DNA of 64,000 bases from Chiloscyllium plagiosum. Lineage: Eukaryota. Every line of letters starts with the position of its first letter. The first letter of the stretch is position 1. The stretch lies in contig NC_057718.1 of NCBI RefSeq assembly GCF_004010195.1, positions 30,160,128 to 30,224,127 on the forward strand. The letters run 5' to 3'. The position numbers and the translations under genes were made by a program. This document shows positions 50,651 through 63,139 of the stretch, piece after piece. Below the pieces are notes generated by a model. That model searched no databases. It was not told where the DNA came from and worked only from the letters and a program-made list of their open reading frames with translations.

Positions 50651-51857
50651 TTTCTCTCTGCAGAGATTAATTTTGGGGGGGAAAAACACTTCTAGCTAAT
50701 GATAATTAGTTTCTGAAGGCTTAGAAGATAAGTTGTGATACATTCACATATCTGTAAGTCTGGCATGTGTAAACAGGTATCACCAAACATAGATCGTTAT
50801 TTCTGGAATCTTTGTAAATCAGCTTTCTTAGGAAAAACAATATTGAGATTTTTTTTAAAGATGACAGTCAGTTTCACAACAGTAATTATTTTCAGATGCA
50901 GGACAGCTAAGCTGTGAAGCTGCTTTCGTATTGGAGGCTGATCACCAACCATTCCAAACAATATTCAAAGCAGAATTTGAAGCCAACAGTCATGAACCTT
51001 TGAAAGTGGTCTTCAACAAGCAAGTTGTTATCACAAGACAGTGTGACCAGCAAGAAATGCCCTGTTTAAAAGAGTTACAAAGTCTTTTCATTAACCTTTT
51101 AAAAAGACTATATATTCATATCCTTCAAATACATTAAACACGAAAGATGTACTTAACGAAAGAAATACATTGTAATCACTATTTGAATTGCAAATTGGGT
51201 TTGTCGAGGCAAGGTTCTGAAAGAGATTGGGGAATTTGTATCTGGTCTTGGTCAGAGAGAAAGATGTTAACCTGATTAAAAGGAGACATTAGGATTAATT
51301 ATGAGTCTTGGAAAAATGGAGGTGTTCCTCCCAAAGGAATATTGAAATCTCATTATGGAAAATTCTAAGTGCAAATCCAGCTTCCATCAGACCATGCCTG
51401 GTATGGGAGCTAATAGTAACTTCCCATCCCTACTGTTTATCCTTGCTGAGCACAACCCCCCCCCCCCCCCCCACTCACAACTTAGCTTAAACTAAATGAA
51501 ATTGTCACATTCAGTCCTGTATTTTTAAAGTAGGATCCTATTTCTTTCCTGTGGGTTTCCTGCCCACTAGCTCAAAACAGCAGGATATAGTTTTGTGACA
51601 TGGAGGGCAGGGTTGGGCAATGCATGTGATTTTAATTGGAATACATTTCTTGAAAGTGTAGGAGAAGCAGATTCAAAATTAATTTTAGAAGAATAGATAA
51701 ATATATGAAGCAATAAGAAGAACAAAACTCTTGGAAAAGTAAAGGACATGGGCAATCAATGGACAGGTCTTTCAGTATGACATCCCTTTGTGCTGCATGG
51801 TTCCATGATCATAAGATATTTAACTTAGGACCTAAGAGTTTTCTTTGATTTTAACAG

Positions 51858-52196
51858 AAACAAGCTGATGACCCACTCTCAACTTTATCATATTTCTGGA
51901 ATCTTGGAAAGTTAAGAAGTGAAGAAAAATCTCTACAGTTTGGTGACTTTATTATTTTGGAAAATTCAACAGACGTTTTTGCATTCATGAGAAAATGGGA
52001 TCTATCAGGAATTTTGGTTATTTTGAATTTTGGTGGCACAACTACATTAGATTTTTCTGGGCTACATTTGCCTCCATCTGCTGTGATATTAGCAAAGTCA
52101 AGAGGTTTGACATCATTGCAGGAAATCATTTTGAGTGAAATACAAATTGAAGCAAACACAGGATATATGCTAAAATTCAACGATCCAGAAGGATAA
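51858..52196 (+). CDS. Terminal coding exon (copy B) of a GH13/SLC3 heavy-chain-like protein (SLC3A2/4F2hc-like)
   Basis: Acceptor ttttctttgattttaacAG then a phase-0 frame of 112 aa, KQADDPLSTLSYFWNLGKLRSEEKSLQFGDF..FAFMRKWDLSGILVILNFG..EANTGYMLKF, ending TAA. Gap-free alignment with copy A, 65/111 identical by hand count. Confidence 0.87.
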   Translation, partial: KQADDPLSTLSYFWNLGKLRSEEKSLQFGDFIILENSTDVFAFMRKWDLSGILVILNFGGTTTLDFSGLHLPPSAVILAKSRGLTSLQEIILSEIQIEANTGYMLKFNDPEG

Positions 52197-52260
52197 ATGT
52201 GTCTAATTAAAGTACAGTATATGCATGTTGAAAAACAAACTCATTGATTGCTTTTCATAC

Positions 52261-52346
52261 AATAAATGAAACCACTTAAATATCAGGCCTATATGTTTAT
52301 TTATTTAAAACAACATCAGCTATAAATAAGAACTTACATCAATAAA
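52261..52346 (+). promoter_or_regulatory. Polyadenylation signals of exon copy B
   Basis: AATAAA at 52261-52266 and 52341-52346, in a context homologous to copy A. Confidence 0.6.
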
Positions 52347-52969
52347 TGTTCAGTTTAAGGTAATGATCTCAGAAATTGAACATAATATGAGTGAATTTAT
52401 ATTTTATATTTGTCACTGTGAAACAAACTATGCAACAATCAGTTACATAGACTATATCCATTTTAATTGTAATTCACTCCAATTATTTTATTTTGTAGTT
52501 TGATTTTAACATCACAATATCACAACAAACATATTGAAGGCCATTGAGCCATGATTAGTCCTTCATTGTAGTTTTCCAGCCATGCATTACATTATAGCAT
52601 CCAACTGCTTAATTAACATCTCTTTAATTTTAATTGTGTTCCTATGGAAATGCTTCTTGACATATCTGAAATTCAGCAAAACACATTATTGTAGAAGTGC
52701 CATCTTCCACAAAGATTACAACAAGGTACATTACCATGTTTCCGGAGCCTAGCAATGGGAAATTAGCCATATCTTGCAAATAAATTTTTAAAATCCTCAT
52801 GTCTGGACTTAGGAAGATACAAGAAACATTGATCCAATAGAGATCACCATAAATTGCCATCGACTGTGGCAAAATGTTGTTAAAAATTGCACAACACTAG
52901 GTTATAGTCCAACAGGTTTATTTGGAAGCACAAACTTTCTGAGCGCTGTTCTTTTTTATCAATAGCATC

Positions 52970-53635
52970 AGCACAGGACATAGAACATAGAACATATAAC
53001 ATAGAACGTTACAGTGCAATACAGGCCCTTTGGCCCTCGATATTGCGCCGACCTGTGAGAATAATCTGATGCCCATCTAATGTACACCATTCCATTATTA
53101 TCCATATGTATGTCCAATGCCCATTTTAATGCCCTTAACATCAGCGAGTCTACTACTGTTGCAGGCAGGTCATTCCACACCTCTATTACTCTCTGAATGA
53201 AGAAACTATCCCTAATATCTGTCCCAAATCTATCACCCTTCAGTTTAAAGCTATGGCTCTCATGTTAGCCTTCACCATCTGAGGAAAAAGGCTCCCACTG
53301 TCCACCCTATCTAACCCTTTGATTATCTTATATGTCTCGATTAAGTCACCTTTCAACCTTCTTCTCTCCGATGAAAACAGTCTCAGTTCCTTCAGCCTTT
53401 CCTCGTAAGGCCTTCCTTCCATACTAGGCAACATCCTAGTAAATCTCTTTTGAACACTTCCCAAAGCTTCCACATCCTTCCTATAATGCGGTGACCAGAA
53501 CTGCACGAAATACTCCAGGTGCAGCCTTACCAGTGCCTTGTACAACTGAAGCATGACCTCGTGACTCTGAAACTCAATCCCCCTACCTACCAATAAATGC
53601 CAACACACCATATGCCTTCTTATCAATCTAATGCT
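52970..53635 (-). mobile_element. CR1 LINE 3' end
   Basis: VMLQLYKALVRLHLEYFVQFWSPHYRKDVEAL; (ttctatg)n tail on the minus strand. Confidence 0.9.
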
Positions 53636-54569
53636 GTAGGCAATTCAAATGTATCACTTTGATGTTGCTGTAGATATTGTTATTGTTTAATTTTTTTTTA
53701 ATTCAAGCGATCAATGATTAACCAAATAAACAAAAAAATTCAAATTTTTTACTAATATCAGATGGGACTACACAAAAATAAATTAAACAGCGTTAACTTA
53801 ACTCTAAGACTTATGCTGTGAACTCAGTTCTACATTTCATTCCTTCCTTAAAATTCACTTTCCTTACCAAATCTTGAAGGTTCATCCCCCAGATTAGGAT
53901 CAATCCAAAAATGGAGAGTGATACAGTTGATTATGACAATGGTGTCCTGAATCTAATTAAACAAAATTTCAGTGGTATTAGGCATGAGCTGGCTATGATA
54001 AATTGGAGAACATTACTTTAAAGAATTACAATGCTTTGGCATTGGGAAGCATTTAAAGAGTGTCTGAGGAACTGTAAAAAATTTCCATTCTTGTCCGGCA
54101 CAAAAATAAAATTGGAAAAATGGCCCAGCCATGGCTAACAAAGGAAATTATGGATATTATTAGACCCAAGGAAGAGTCATACAAATCAGAATCAAATTGG
54201 CCAAAGTAAGCAGCAGATATGAGGATTGGGAGTTGCTTAGATTTCAGCAAAGGAATACAAAAGGAATGGATTAAAAGGGAGAAAGTAGAGTGTGAAAGTA
54301 AGGTTGTGGAGAACAGTCAAAATGACAGTAAAAATTATAGGTATGTGAAGAGGAAGAGATTAATGACAAATGCAAGTCCCTTCCAATCAGAAACAGGAAA
54401 GGTTATAATGGAGAACAAAGAGATAGCAAACCACTTAAATACATATTTTAGTTCTGACCACAAGAGAACACAAATAGCATCCCCAAAATGTCCATTGACA
54501 AGGTTCAGTTGACAAGGTCCATTGAAAGAGCGGAGCTGAAAGAAATCAATATTGGGAGGGTGATAGTGT

Positions 54570-57500
54570 TAGAACATAGAACATGGCATACTACAGCACA
54601 GTGCAGGCTCTTCAGCCCTCGATGTTGCGCCGACCTGTGAAACCAATCTGAAGCCCATCTAACCCACACTATTCCATTTTCATCCAAATATATATATCCA
54701 ATGAACATTTAAATGCCCTTAAAGTTGGCAAGTCTATTACTGTTGCAGGCAGGGTGTTCCATGACATTACTACTCTCTCAGTAAAGAATCTACCTCTGAC
54801 ATTTGTCCTATATTTATCACCCTTCAATTTAAAGCTATGTCCCCTCATGTTAGCCATCACCATCTGAGGAAAAAGGCTCTCACTGTCCACTCTATGTAAT
54901 CCTCTGGTTATCTTATATGTCTGTATTAAGTCCTCTTTCAACCTTCTTCCCTCTAACAAAAACAGCCTCAAGTCTCTCAGCCATTCCTCATAAGACTTTC
55001 CCTCCACACCAGGCAACATCCCAGTAAATCTCCGCTGAACCCTTTCCAGTGCTTCCACATCCTTCCTATAATGCGGTGACCAGAACTGTATGCAATACTC
55101 CAAATGCGGTCGCATCAGAGTTTTGTACAGCTGCAACATGACCTCATGGCTCTGAAACACAATCTCTCTGCCAATGAAAGCTAACACACCGTATGCCTTC
55201 TTAACAACCCAATCAGCCTGGGTGGCAAATTTCAGGGATCTATCCAAGCATATGGACACCGAGATCTCTCGGCTCATCCACGCTACCAAGAATCTTACCA
55301 TAAGTCCAGTATTCCTCTTACTCCTTCCAAAGTGAATCACCTCACACTTCTCCACATTAAACTCCACTTGCCACATCTCAGCCAGCTTTGCAGTTTATTT
55401 ATATCTCTCTGTAACCCACAACAACCTTCCACTCGGTCCATAACTCCACCGACCTTAATGTTATCCGCAAATTTACTAACCCATCCTTCTACACCCTCAT
55501 CCAGATCATTTATGAAAATGACAAACAGCAGTGGCCCCAAAACAGATCCTTGCAGTATACTACTAGTAACTGAACTCCAGGATGAACATTTCCCATCAAC
55601 ACCACCCTCTATCTTCTTACAATTAGCCAATTTCTTATCCAAACCGCTAAATCACTCTCTATCCTATGTCTCCATATTTTCTGCAATAGCCTACAGTGGG
55701 AAACTATATCAAACACTTTACTGAAATCCATATGGATTACATCAACCAATTTACCCTCATCCATCTTCTCAAAGAACTCAATAAGGTTTGTGAGGCGCAA
55801 CCTACCCTTCACAAAACTGTGCTGACTGTCCCTAATCAAGTTATTCCTTTCTAGATGATAATAAATCCTATCTCTTATAATCCTTCCCAACACTTTACCC
55901 ACAGCTGAAGTAAGGCTCACTGGTCTATAATTACCAGGACAGTCCCTACTCCCCTTCTTGAACAAAGCAAAAACATTTGCTATCCTCCAGTCTTCTGACA
56001 CTATTCCTGTAGACAATGACGACATAAAGATCAAAGCCAAAGGCTCTGCAATCTCCTACCTAGCTTCCCAGAGAATCCTAGGTTAAATCCCATCTAGCCC
56101 AAGGAACTCACCTATTTTCACACTTTCCAGAGTTGCTGACACCTCCTCCTTATGAACCTCAATCCCGTCTAGTGCAATAGCCTATATCTCAGTATTCTCC
56201 TCGATAATATTATCTTTCTCCTGTGTGAATACTGATGAAAAATATTCATTTAGTGCCTCTCCTATCTCCTTGGACTCCACTCACATCTTCCCATTATTGT
56301 CCTTGACTGGTCCTAATCTTACTCTAGTCATTCTTTTATTCCTGACATACCTATAGAAAGCTTTAGTGTTTTCCTGCCAAAGATTCTCATGTCCCCTCCT
56401 GGTCTTCTTAGGTCTCGCTTTAGATCCTTCCTGGCTAACTTGTAACTCTCAAGCACTCTAATTGAGCCTTCACCTCTCATCTTTACAAAAGTCTCCTTCC
56501 TGTTGAGAAGAAATTCAACTTCTTTAGGAAACCACGGTTCCCTCACTCGACTGCTTCCTCCCTGCCTGACAGATGCATACTTATCAAAGACATGCAGTAA
56601 CTGGTCCTTGAACAAGCTCCATATTTCAATTCTGTCCATCTCCTGCAGTTTCCTTCCCCATCCTATGCATCTTAAATCTTGCCTAATTCTATCTTAATTG
56701 CCTTTCCCCCAGCTATAACTCTTGTCCTGCGTTATATCCCTATCAGTTTCCATTGTTAAAGTAAACACAACTGAATTGTGGTCACTATCACCAAAGTGCT
56801 CCAATTCTAACACCTGGCCGGGTTCATTACACAGTACCAATTCCAATGTGGCCTAGTCTCTTGTTGGACCTGTCTACATACTGTGTCAGGAAACCCACCT
56901 GTACAGATTGCACAAAAACTGACCCATCTAAAGTACTCCAATTAAATATTTCCAGTCAATATTTGGAAAGTTAAAGTCCCCCATAACAACTACCCTGTTA
57001 CTTTTGCTCCTATTCAGAATCATCTTTGCAATCCTTTCCTCTACATCTCTGGACCTATTCGGAGACCTATAGAAATCTCCCAACAGGGTGGCCTCTCCTT
57101 TCCTGTTTCTTACCTCAGTCCATACTACCTCAGTAGATGAGTTCTCATCAACGTCCTTTCTGCCAACTTAATATATCCTTGACCAACATTGCCACACCTC
57201 CCCCTGTTCTTACTGAAATATCTAAACCCTAAAACCTGCAATAACCATTCCTGTTCCTGCTCTATCCATGTCTCCATATCCATGTATCCAGGTACCTATC
57301 CATGCTGCAAACTCACCCACATCATTCCAGATCCTCCTGGCATTGAAGTAGATACACTTCAAACCACCTTCCTGCCTGCTGGTACACTCCTGCGACCTTG
57401 AAATCTTATTTATGACCTCACTATTCTCAATCTCCTGTACACTGGAGCTACAATTCAGGTTCCCATCCTCCTGCTGAATTAGTTTAAACCCTCCTGGATA

Positions 57501-59065
57501 GTATTAGTAAATCTACCCACCCACCCACAGGATGTTGGTACCCCTCTGGTTCAGGTGTAGAACATCCCATTTGTAGAGGTCCCACCTAACCCAGAATGAG
57601 CCCCAATTATCCAGGTATCTGAATCCCTCACTCCTGCACCATCCCTGTAGCCAAGTGTTCAACTGTTCTCTCTCCCTTTTCTTCGCTTCATTAGCACATG
57701 GCACGGGTAACAAAGAAGAGATAACAACTCTGTTTGTCCTAGCTCTAAGCTTCCACCCTAGCTCCTTTATTCTCTGCATTACATCCCCATCCCTTTTCCG
57801 ACTTATGTTGTTGGTGCCTATGTGGATCATGACCTAGGACTACTCCCCCTCCCCCTTAAGGATCTTGGAAACATGATCCAAGACATCACGGACCCTGGCA
57901 CCTGGGAGGCAACACACCAAACGTGAGTCTCTCGTTCCACAGAATCTCCTATTGTCCCCCTAACTATGGAGCCGCCAATGACTAATGCTTTACTCCTCTC
58001 CCTCCTTCCTTTCTGAGCAACAGGGACAGACTCTGTGGCAAAGGCTTGTACTCAATGGCTTACCATTGGCAAGTCACCCCCCCGCCAAAGTATCCAAAAC
58101 TGTATACATGTTATTGAGGGGAACAGCCACAGGGGATCGCTATACTGCCTGCTTATTCCTTTTCCATCCCCTGACTGTAACCCATTTACCTTTTTCCTGT
58201 ACCTGAGATGTGACTACCTCCCTGTAACTCCTCTCAATTACCCCCCTCATGTTCCTGAACTCTGAAGTTCATCCAGCTCCCGCTCAAGTTCCCTAATGCG
58301 GTTTCTGAGGAGCTGGAGTTGGGCGCATTTCCAGCAGATGAAGTCAGTGGGGACACTAGTATGACCCTTACCTCCCACATTCTACAGGAGGAGCGTTCAA
58401 CTGTCCTAACATCCATTCCCGCTGTTCTGAATTCCCAAAGGGACTATTGAAAAAAGACTAGTAACCTTAGGGTGGCATGGTGGTTAGTACTGCTACCTCA
58501 CAGCTCCAGGGATCTAGGTTTGATTCCAATCTCAGATAACTGACTGTGTGGAGTTTGCACATTCTCCCAGTGCCTGCGTGGGTTTCCTCCAGGTGTTCTG
58601 GTTTCCTCCCACAATCCAACAATGTGCAGGTCAGGGAATTGGTGTGCTAAATTGCCCATTAGTCAGGGGTAAATATAGGGTAGGGGAATGGGTCTGGGTT
58701 TGTTACTTGGTTTGGGCTGAAGGGCCTGTTTCCATACTGTAGGAATCGAATGTTACCAATCTGGCACACAAAAGTTTTTTTTTTGGTTCATGGAGGAGAT
58801 GGGTGGGAGACACTGCCTAAGTAATGTTTCAGATAAAGCAACCGTCCAAATATATTACCTCACTTACTCAGCTGTCCTGAGTCCACTCCTGCTCAGCGTA
58901 TGCTCTGTCTATTCACGAGGTAAGTTTTTAAAGGATTAATTTACATTCTCAACAGCCCCTGGTCCTTGCTCTCGCTCCACCTGCTGGTGCTGAAAATGGA
59001 GGCCGCTGACTCATGAAGTAAGTCCTTTGAGAGGGAAATTTAGCTTCCCAGGAGCCCCTGGATCT
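54570..59065 (-). mobile_element. Near full-length CR1 LINE (ORF1 zinc finger and SGNH esterase; ORF2 endonuclease and RT)
   Basis: ORF1 shows SSCRMWEVR and IHIGTNNI..DVLHLNQRG (57513..57830); ORF2 shows NYRPVSLTS, QGSVLGPLLFVIFINDLD..KFADN and RPHLEYCIQFWSP; frameshifted; (ttctatg)n tail. Confidence 0.92.
58470..58745 (+). mobile_element. V-SINE inserted in the CR1 5' region
   Basis: ggtggcatggtggttag head, ggtttgattcc B box, V-domain gtgtggagtttgcacattctccc. Confidence 0.82.
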
Positions 59066-59334
59066 TGAGGGAATTGATGGAATTAAAGACCAATAAATTT
59101 CTCAGGCCTTGATAATAAATATCTCAATTATCTTAGGAAATGGTCCTAGAAATAATAGATGTTTTGGTCATCATCTTTGAATTTTCTTTAGACTCTGGAA
59201 TTGTTCCAGTTGATTGGAGGGTTGCTAATGTAGTCTCTTTATTTAAATATGGTAGACAGAAAATAAGATATTATACATGGTTAGCCTGTCAATGATAGTT
59301 GGGAAAATGCTAGAACCCATTACAAAAATGTAAT

Positions 59335-59485
59335 AAAAACCAAAAAAACTGTGGATGCTGTAAATCAGAAGCAAAAACAGAAATTGCTGGAAAAGCTTAG
59401 CAGGTCTGGCAACATCAGTGGAGAGAGATTTCTCACCATAGATGCTGCCAGACCTGCTGAGCTTTTCCAGCAATTTCTTTTTTGT
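59335..59485. mobile_element. Hairpin-shaped short insertion of a Penelope-pLTR-like family
   Basis: Arms gaaattgctggaaaagcttagcaggtctggcaacatc and gatgctgccagacctgctgagcttttccagcaatttc; related copies at about 61490-61650 and 62975-63130. Confidence 0.65.
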
Positions 59486-60284
59486 TACAAAGTCTTTAAT
59501 AACTGAATACTTGAAAAACTGTGACAGGATTGGATAGAATGAGCACCCATTTACGAAAGGGAATTCATGCTTGACACATTATTGGAATTTTTCAAGGATG
59601 TAACGAGTAGAGTTGATAAGGGGAAACCATTGGATGTAGATTACTTGACATTCAGAAAGCTTTTGATAAGGTCTTACATAAGAAATTAGCATCGAAAATT
59701 AAAGTGGCTCTCCTCAAGCTACAGCCTCTGACAACAGCTAGCAACTGTTCCAGGAAAATCTAGCTTCATCAGTATCAGGCACCTTTAGATGTGAGAAGAA
59801 AATTGAGCAAAAGGTAAAACTTCCGTCTCCACTACAAGTCTAGTGATGGATCATCAATGCACTCCCAGTTAGTGTCTGCTCCTGAGATATAAGACCATAA
59901 GACAGAAGAGCAGAAACTGGGACATTCAGCCCATCGGGTCTGCTTCACCATTCAATTATGGCTGAATACTTTAAACTTTTGATAGAATTTCTGCAACCAG
60001 ACTTTTCTAAATTCAACAAATTTGCTTGAACAGAACAAATCTATAATCTTCACACTTGTATGATTAACTTCTGTGGTTGACTTGTTTTTTATTGCTTAAT
60101 CCCAGGCAGCTTGGCCATATGATCATTTATTGAAAGCCAGCTGCTTTTTGCAAAAAATCTCTTTCAAAGAATCTGAGCACCTCAATGGAAAATATAATTT
60201 CTCCAACCCCCATCGTAAAAGAAGCATATAGACTATCATATACATTTAACACTTTAATCTCCAATGTCAAAATTATATATTTTG

Positions 60285-61165
60285 TTTATTCATGGAGTGT
60301 GGGCAGAGGCCAGCATATATAGGCTGTCCCTAATTGTCCTTGAGAAGGTGGTGATAAGCCTTCCTCTGTATAGTATATTGACAGTGTTATTAGTGATGGG
60401 GTTTCATGATTTTGACCAGCGACAAGAATTGAATGGTAATATATTTTCAAGTCAGAACAGTGTATATTTTTTGCAAGAGGAAGATACTTGCAGGTGATGG
60501 AGCACCATGCATCTACTGTCCTTATCTTTCTGGGTGATAAACGTTGTGAGTTTGGAAAATTCTGTTAAAAAAGCCTTAACAGGTAAGTTGCTTGTAGATG
60601 GACCACATGATTTCCACTGTCTTGGTGGTGGATTTTGAGATAGGGGTGGAGTGTTAATCAAGCAGGTTGTGTTTTTATGGGTGGTGTTAAGTCCTTTGAG
60701 TGATACTGGAACTGTGATCATCCAGGCAGGTGGACAGTATTCTGTCACATTTCTGACTTGTGCTTTGTAAGTTGTGCACAAACTTTGTGCAGTTAGGAAA
60801 TAAATTTCTCATGATGGAATTCCTACCTTATGATCTGTTGTTGTAGCCACAGTGTTTATATGGCTGATCCAGTTCAGTTTCTGCTCAATGATGATGCAGA
60901 ATGTTGATAGCAGTGATTGAACAATGGTAGTGCATTGAATGTCAAAGGGAGCTAGTTAGATTCTCTCTTGTTGGAAATGGTCATTGTCTGACACTTGTGT
61001 GGTACAAAGAAATAAATAGTTCAGGCCAATTATCAGCCCAAATATGAATCTTGTCCTGGTCATGCTGCATGTGCATACGACTGTTTCAATATCTGATGTG
61101 ATGCAAATTGTGTAGAACATTGTGGAATCATCAGCAAACATCCCTACTACTGACCTTTTGCTGGT
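60285..61165 (-). mobile_element. Old decayed LINE 3' portion (CR1/L2 group)
   Basis: MFADDSTMF and YKAQVRNVTEYCPPAWM remnants; tail resembles the SINE at 27765-28141. Confidence 0.65.
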
Positions 61166-62088
61166 GGGAAGGGGCTATGACATTACCCTTCATTCTGATG
61201 CAGGGCTTTTGCCTGAAACATCGATTTTCCTGCTGCTCGGATGCTGCCTGACCTGCTCTGCTTTTCCAGCACGACTCTAATCTAAACTACTGCTGAGTAT
61301 GTATCACTTGATAGCAACATTGACAACAACTTCCATTAATTTTGGTTGATCAAAAGTAGACTGACAGATAGTGTTTGGGTTGGATATGCTTAGCTCTGTC
61401 TATCTCAGTCTGCTTTCATTGTTTGACATGGAACAAAGTCCTGTGCTGTAGCTTCACCAGGTTGAAATTTCATTTTTAGGAATAAAACAAATTGCTGAAG
61501 AATATCTGCAGGTCTGGCAGCACCTATGGAGAGAAAACAGAGTAAGATTTCGGCCCAAGGTCTGAAGAATAGTCACTAGACCTGAAACATTAACTCCACC
61601 AATTTACCTTCTGTTTCAGATTTCCAGAAGCAGCAGTTCTTTGGTTGTTTTAACCTCATTTTTAATGAGGTGTGCCTCATGCTGCTCCTGGCATGGCCTG
61701 TGTTGTACAAAGCACCTTAGTATCTGAATTGGATAACTGACATGAGATAAGCTCCATCCATCAGGATATAAGGGAATGCTATAGGGATCCTGTAGCACAG
61801 TCAAAATATCCCTAACTCTGGGTTAGATGGTCCAAGTTCAAGTCCTACCTACTTGATGGATAGGTTGGCTAAAAATATCAGAGTGCATTAGAGGTGCTGG
61901 CATAGTGGTAAAAATTCTGTAGAATATAAAGTGGCTTGTCTGCTATGAATTCAATTTTGTGTTGGGTGCTATTTATTTAAAAAATGATTCAGCTGCTGAA
62001 ACAAAGCGAAGAAAACAAGCAGCTGTGAATCCTTGTCTGATGAAGTGAGTTGCCATTTATTAGGGATGTTGTGGTGAAATAGTAATAT

Positions 62089-62304
62089 GGGTTGAAACTT
62101 TATTGCTGGAACAGCACAGCAGGTCAGGCAGCATCCAGGGAACAGGAGATTCGACGTTTCGGGCACAGGCCCTTCTTCAGGAATCAGGCCTGTGCCCGAA
62201 ACGTCGAATCTCCTGTTCCCTGGATGCTGCCTGACCTGCTGTGCTGTTCCAGCAATAAAGTTTCAACTTTGATCTCCAGCATCTGCAGACCTCACTTTCT
62301 CCTC
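62089..62304. mobile_element. Young hairpin Penelope-type pLTR insertion
   Basis: Perfect 81-bp inverted arms at 62091-62171 and 62187-62267; perfect 15-bp TSD gtgaaatagtaatat at 62074-62088 and 62305-62319. Confidence 0.9.
62149..62184 (-). ncRNA. Minimal type I hammerhead ribozyme motif
   Basis: Reverse complement attcctgaagaagggcctgtgcccgaaacgtcgaat is identical to 29286-29321. Confidence 0.72.
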
Positions 62305-62516
62305 GTGAAATAGTAATATCCCCACCTCTGAGCCAGAGGGGCCCAGTTCAAGTCCCACCCACTTCAGAGGTGTGTAATACTACTTTTTGATTCAATAATA
62401 TCAAAAAAAACTTCCTGAGAAAAACTGGCCAATATTTTAGTTGTATTTTCATTTGGTTCCAGTTCAGTGCTGAGTCTCTGTAACTGAACTTAATGTGTAT
62501 TCTTTAGTCAAAGAAT

Positions 62517-62621
62517 CTCAGAATCTCATCCTTTACTCTTCCTCTGTCATTAGTTCCAATTTGGATAATGACCTCCTGCTGATCCCTCTCCCCTTTGAGA
62601 ATATTCCACACCCTCTCTGAG
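62517..62621 (-). repeat. 105-bp exact inverted copy of 63430-63534
   Basis: Base-for-base reverse complement; flanked by tttagtcaa at 62503-62511 and 62624-62632. Confidence 0.88.
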
Positions 62622-63139
62622 TGTTTAGTCAAGCCTGAGGTTTTACAATGGATTCTCATGTTAATCAGCTGTAATGCAATTAGCTATTAACTAATATGTA
62701 ATAAATCTATTCTGTTTGTCAAAATTGAGCCTACTTTCTGCCAAACACTTTATGTCTGGAATCCTTTCCCACATAGTATCAGTAACTTAGACTAATACCA
62801 ATAAGAAGAATTGTGGCAGTGGATCCACAAAAAGGCCTCTTATATAGTTTCAGCGGGCACATTCATGACATGAACCATGCTCAAAGGGGCATGAACTTTT
62901 AAGCATCTACGATTTTCTTCATTTTTCATTGAACTTTCAAGAAGGGAGGAAAACCGCAGATACAGTCAGGTAAAAACTGAAAGAGCTGCAGATGCTGTAA
63001 ATCAGAAACAAAAGCAACAGTTGTTGGAAAGGCTCATCTGGGGAAGGGTCACCGGATCCAAAACATCAACTCTGATTTCTCTTCACAGATGTGGCCAAAC
63101 CTGGTGATCTTTTCCAGCACCTTCGGTCTTTGATATAGT

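Larger units (their letters stand above)
53930..59710 (+). mobile_element. Old CR1 ORF2 remnant (53930-54568 and 59068-59710) split by a younger CR1
   Basis: The ELKEINIGRVIVL-like frame at about 54535-54568 resumes as RELMELKTNK..PGLD-like sequence at about 59068. Confidence 0.65.

Noticed and set aside
57513..57830. SGNH/GDSL esterase as a host enzyme gene (also 63377..63616)
   Set aside because: It is the known esterase domain of CR1 ORF1, directly upstream of ORF2.
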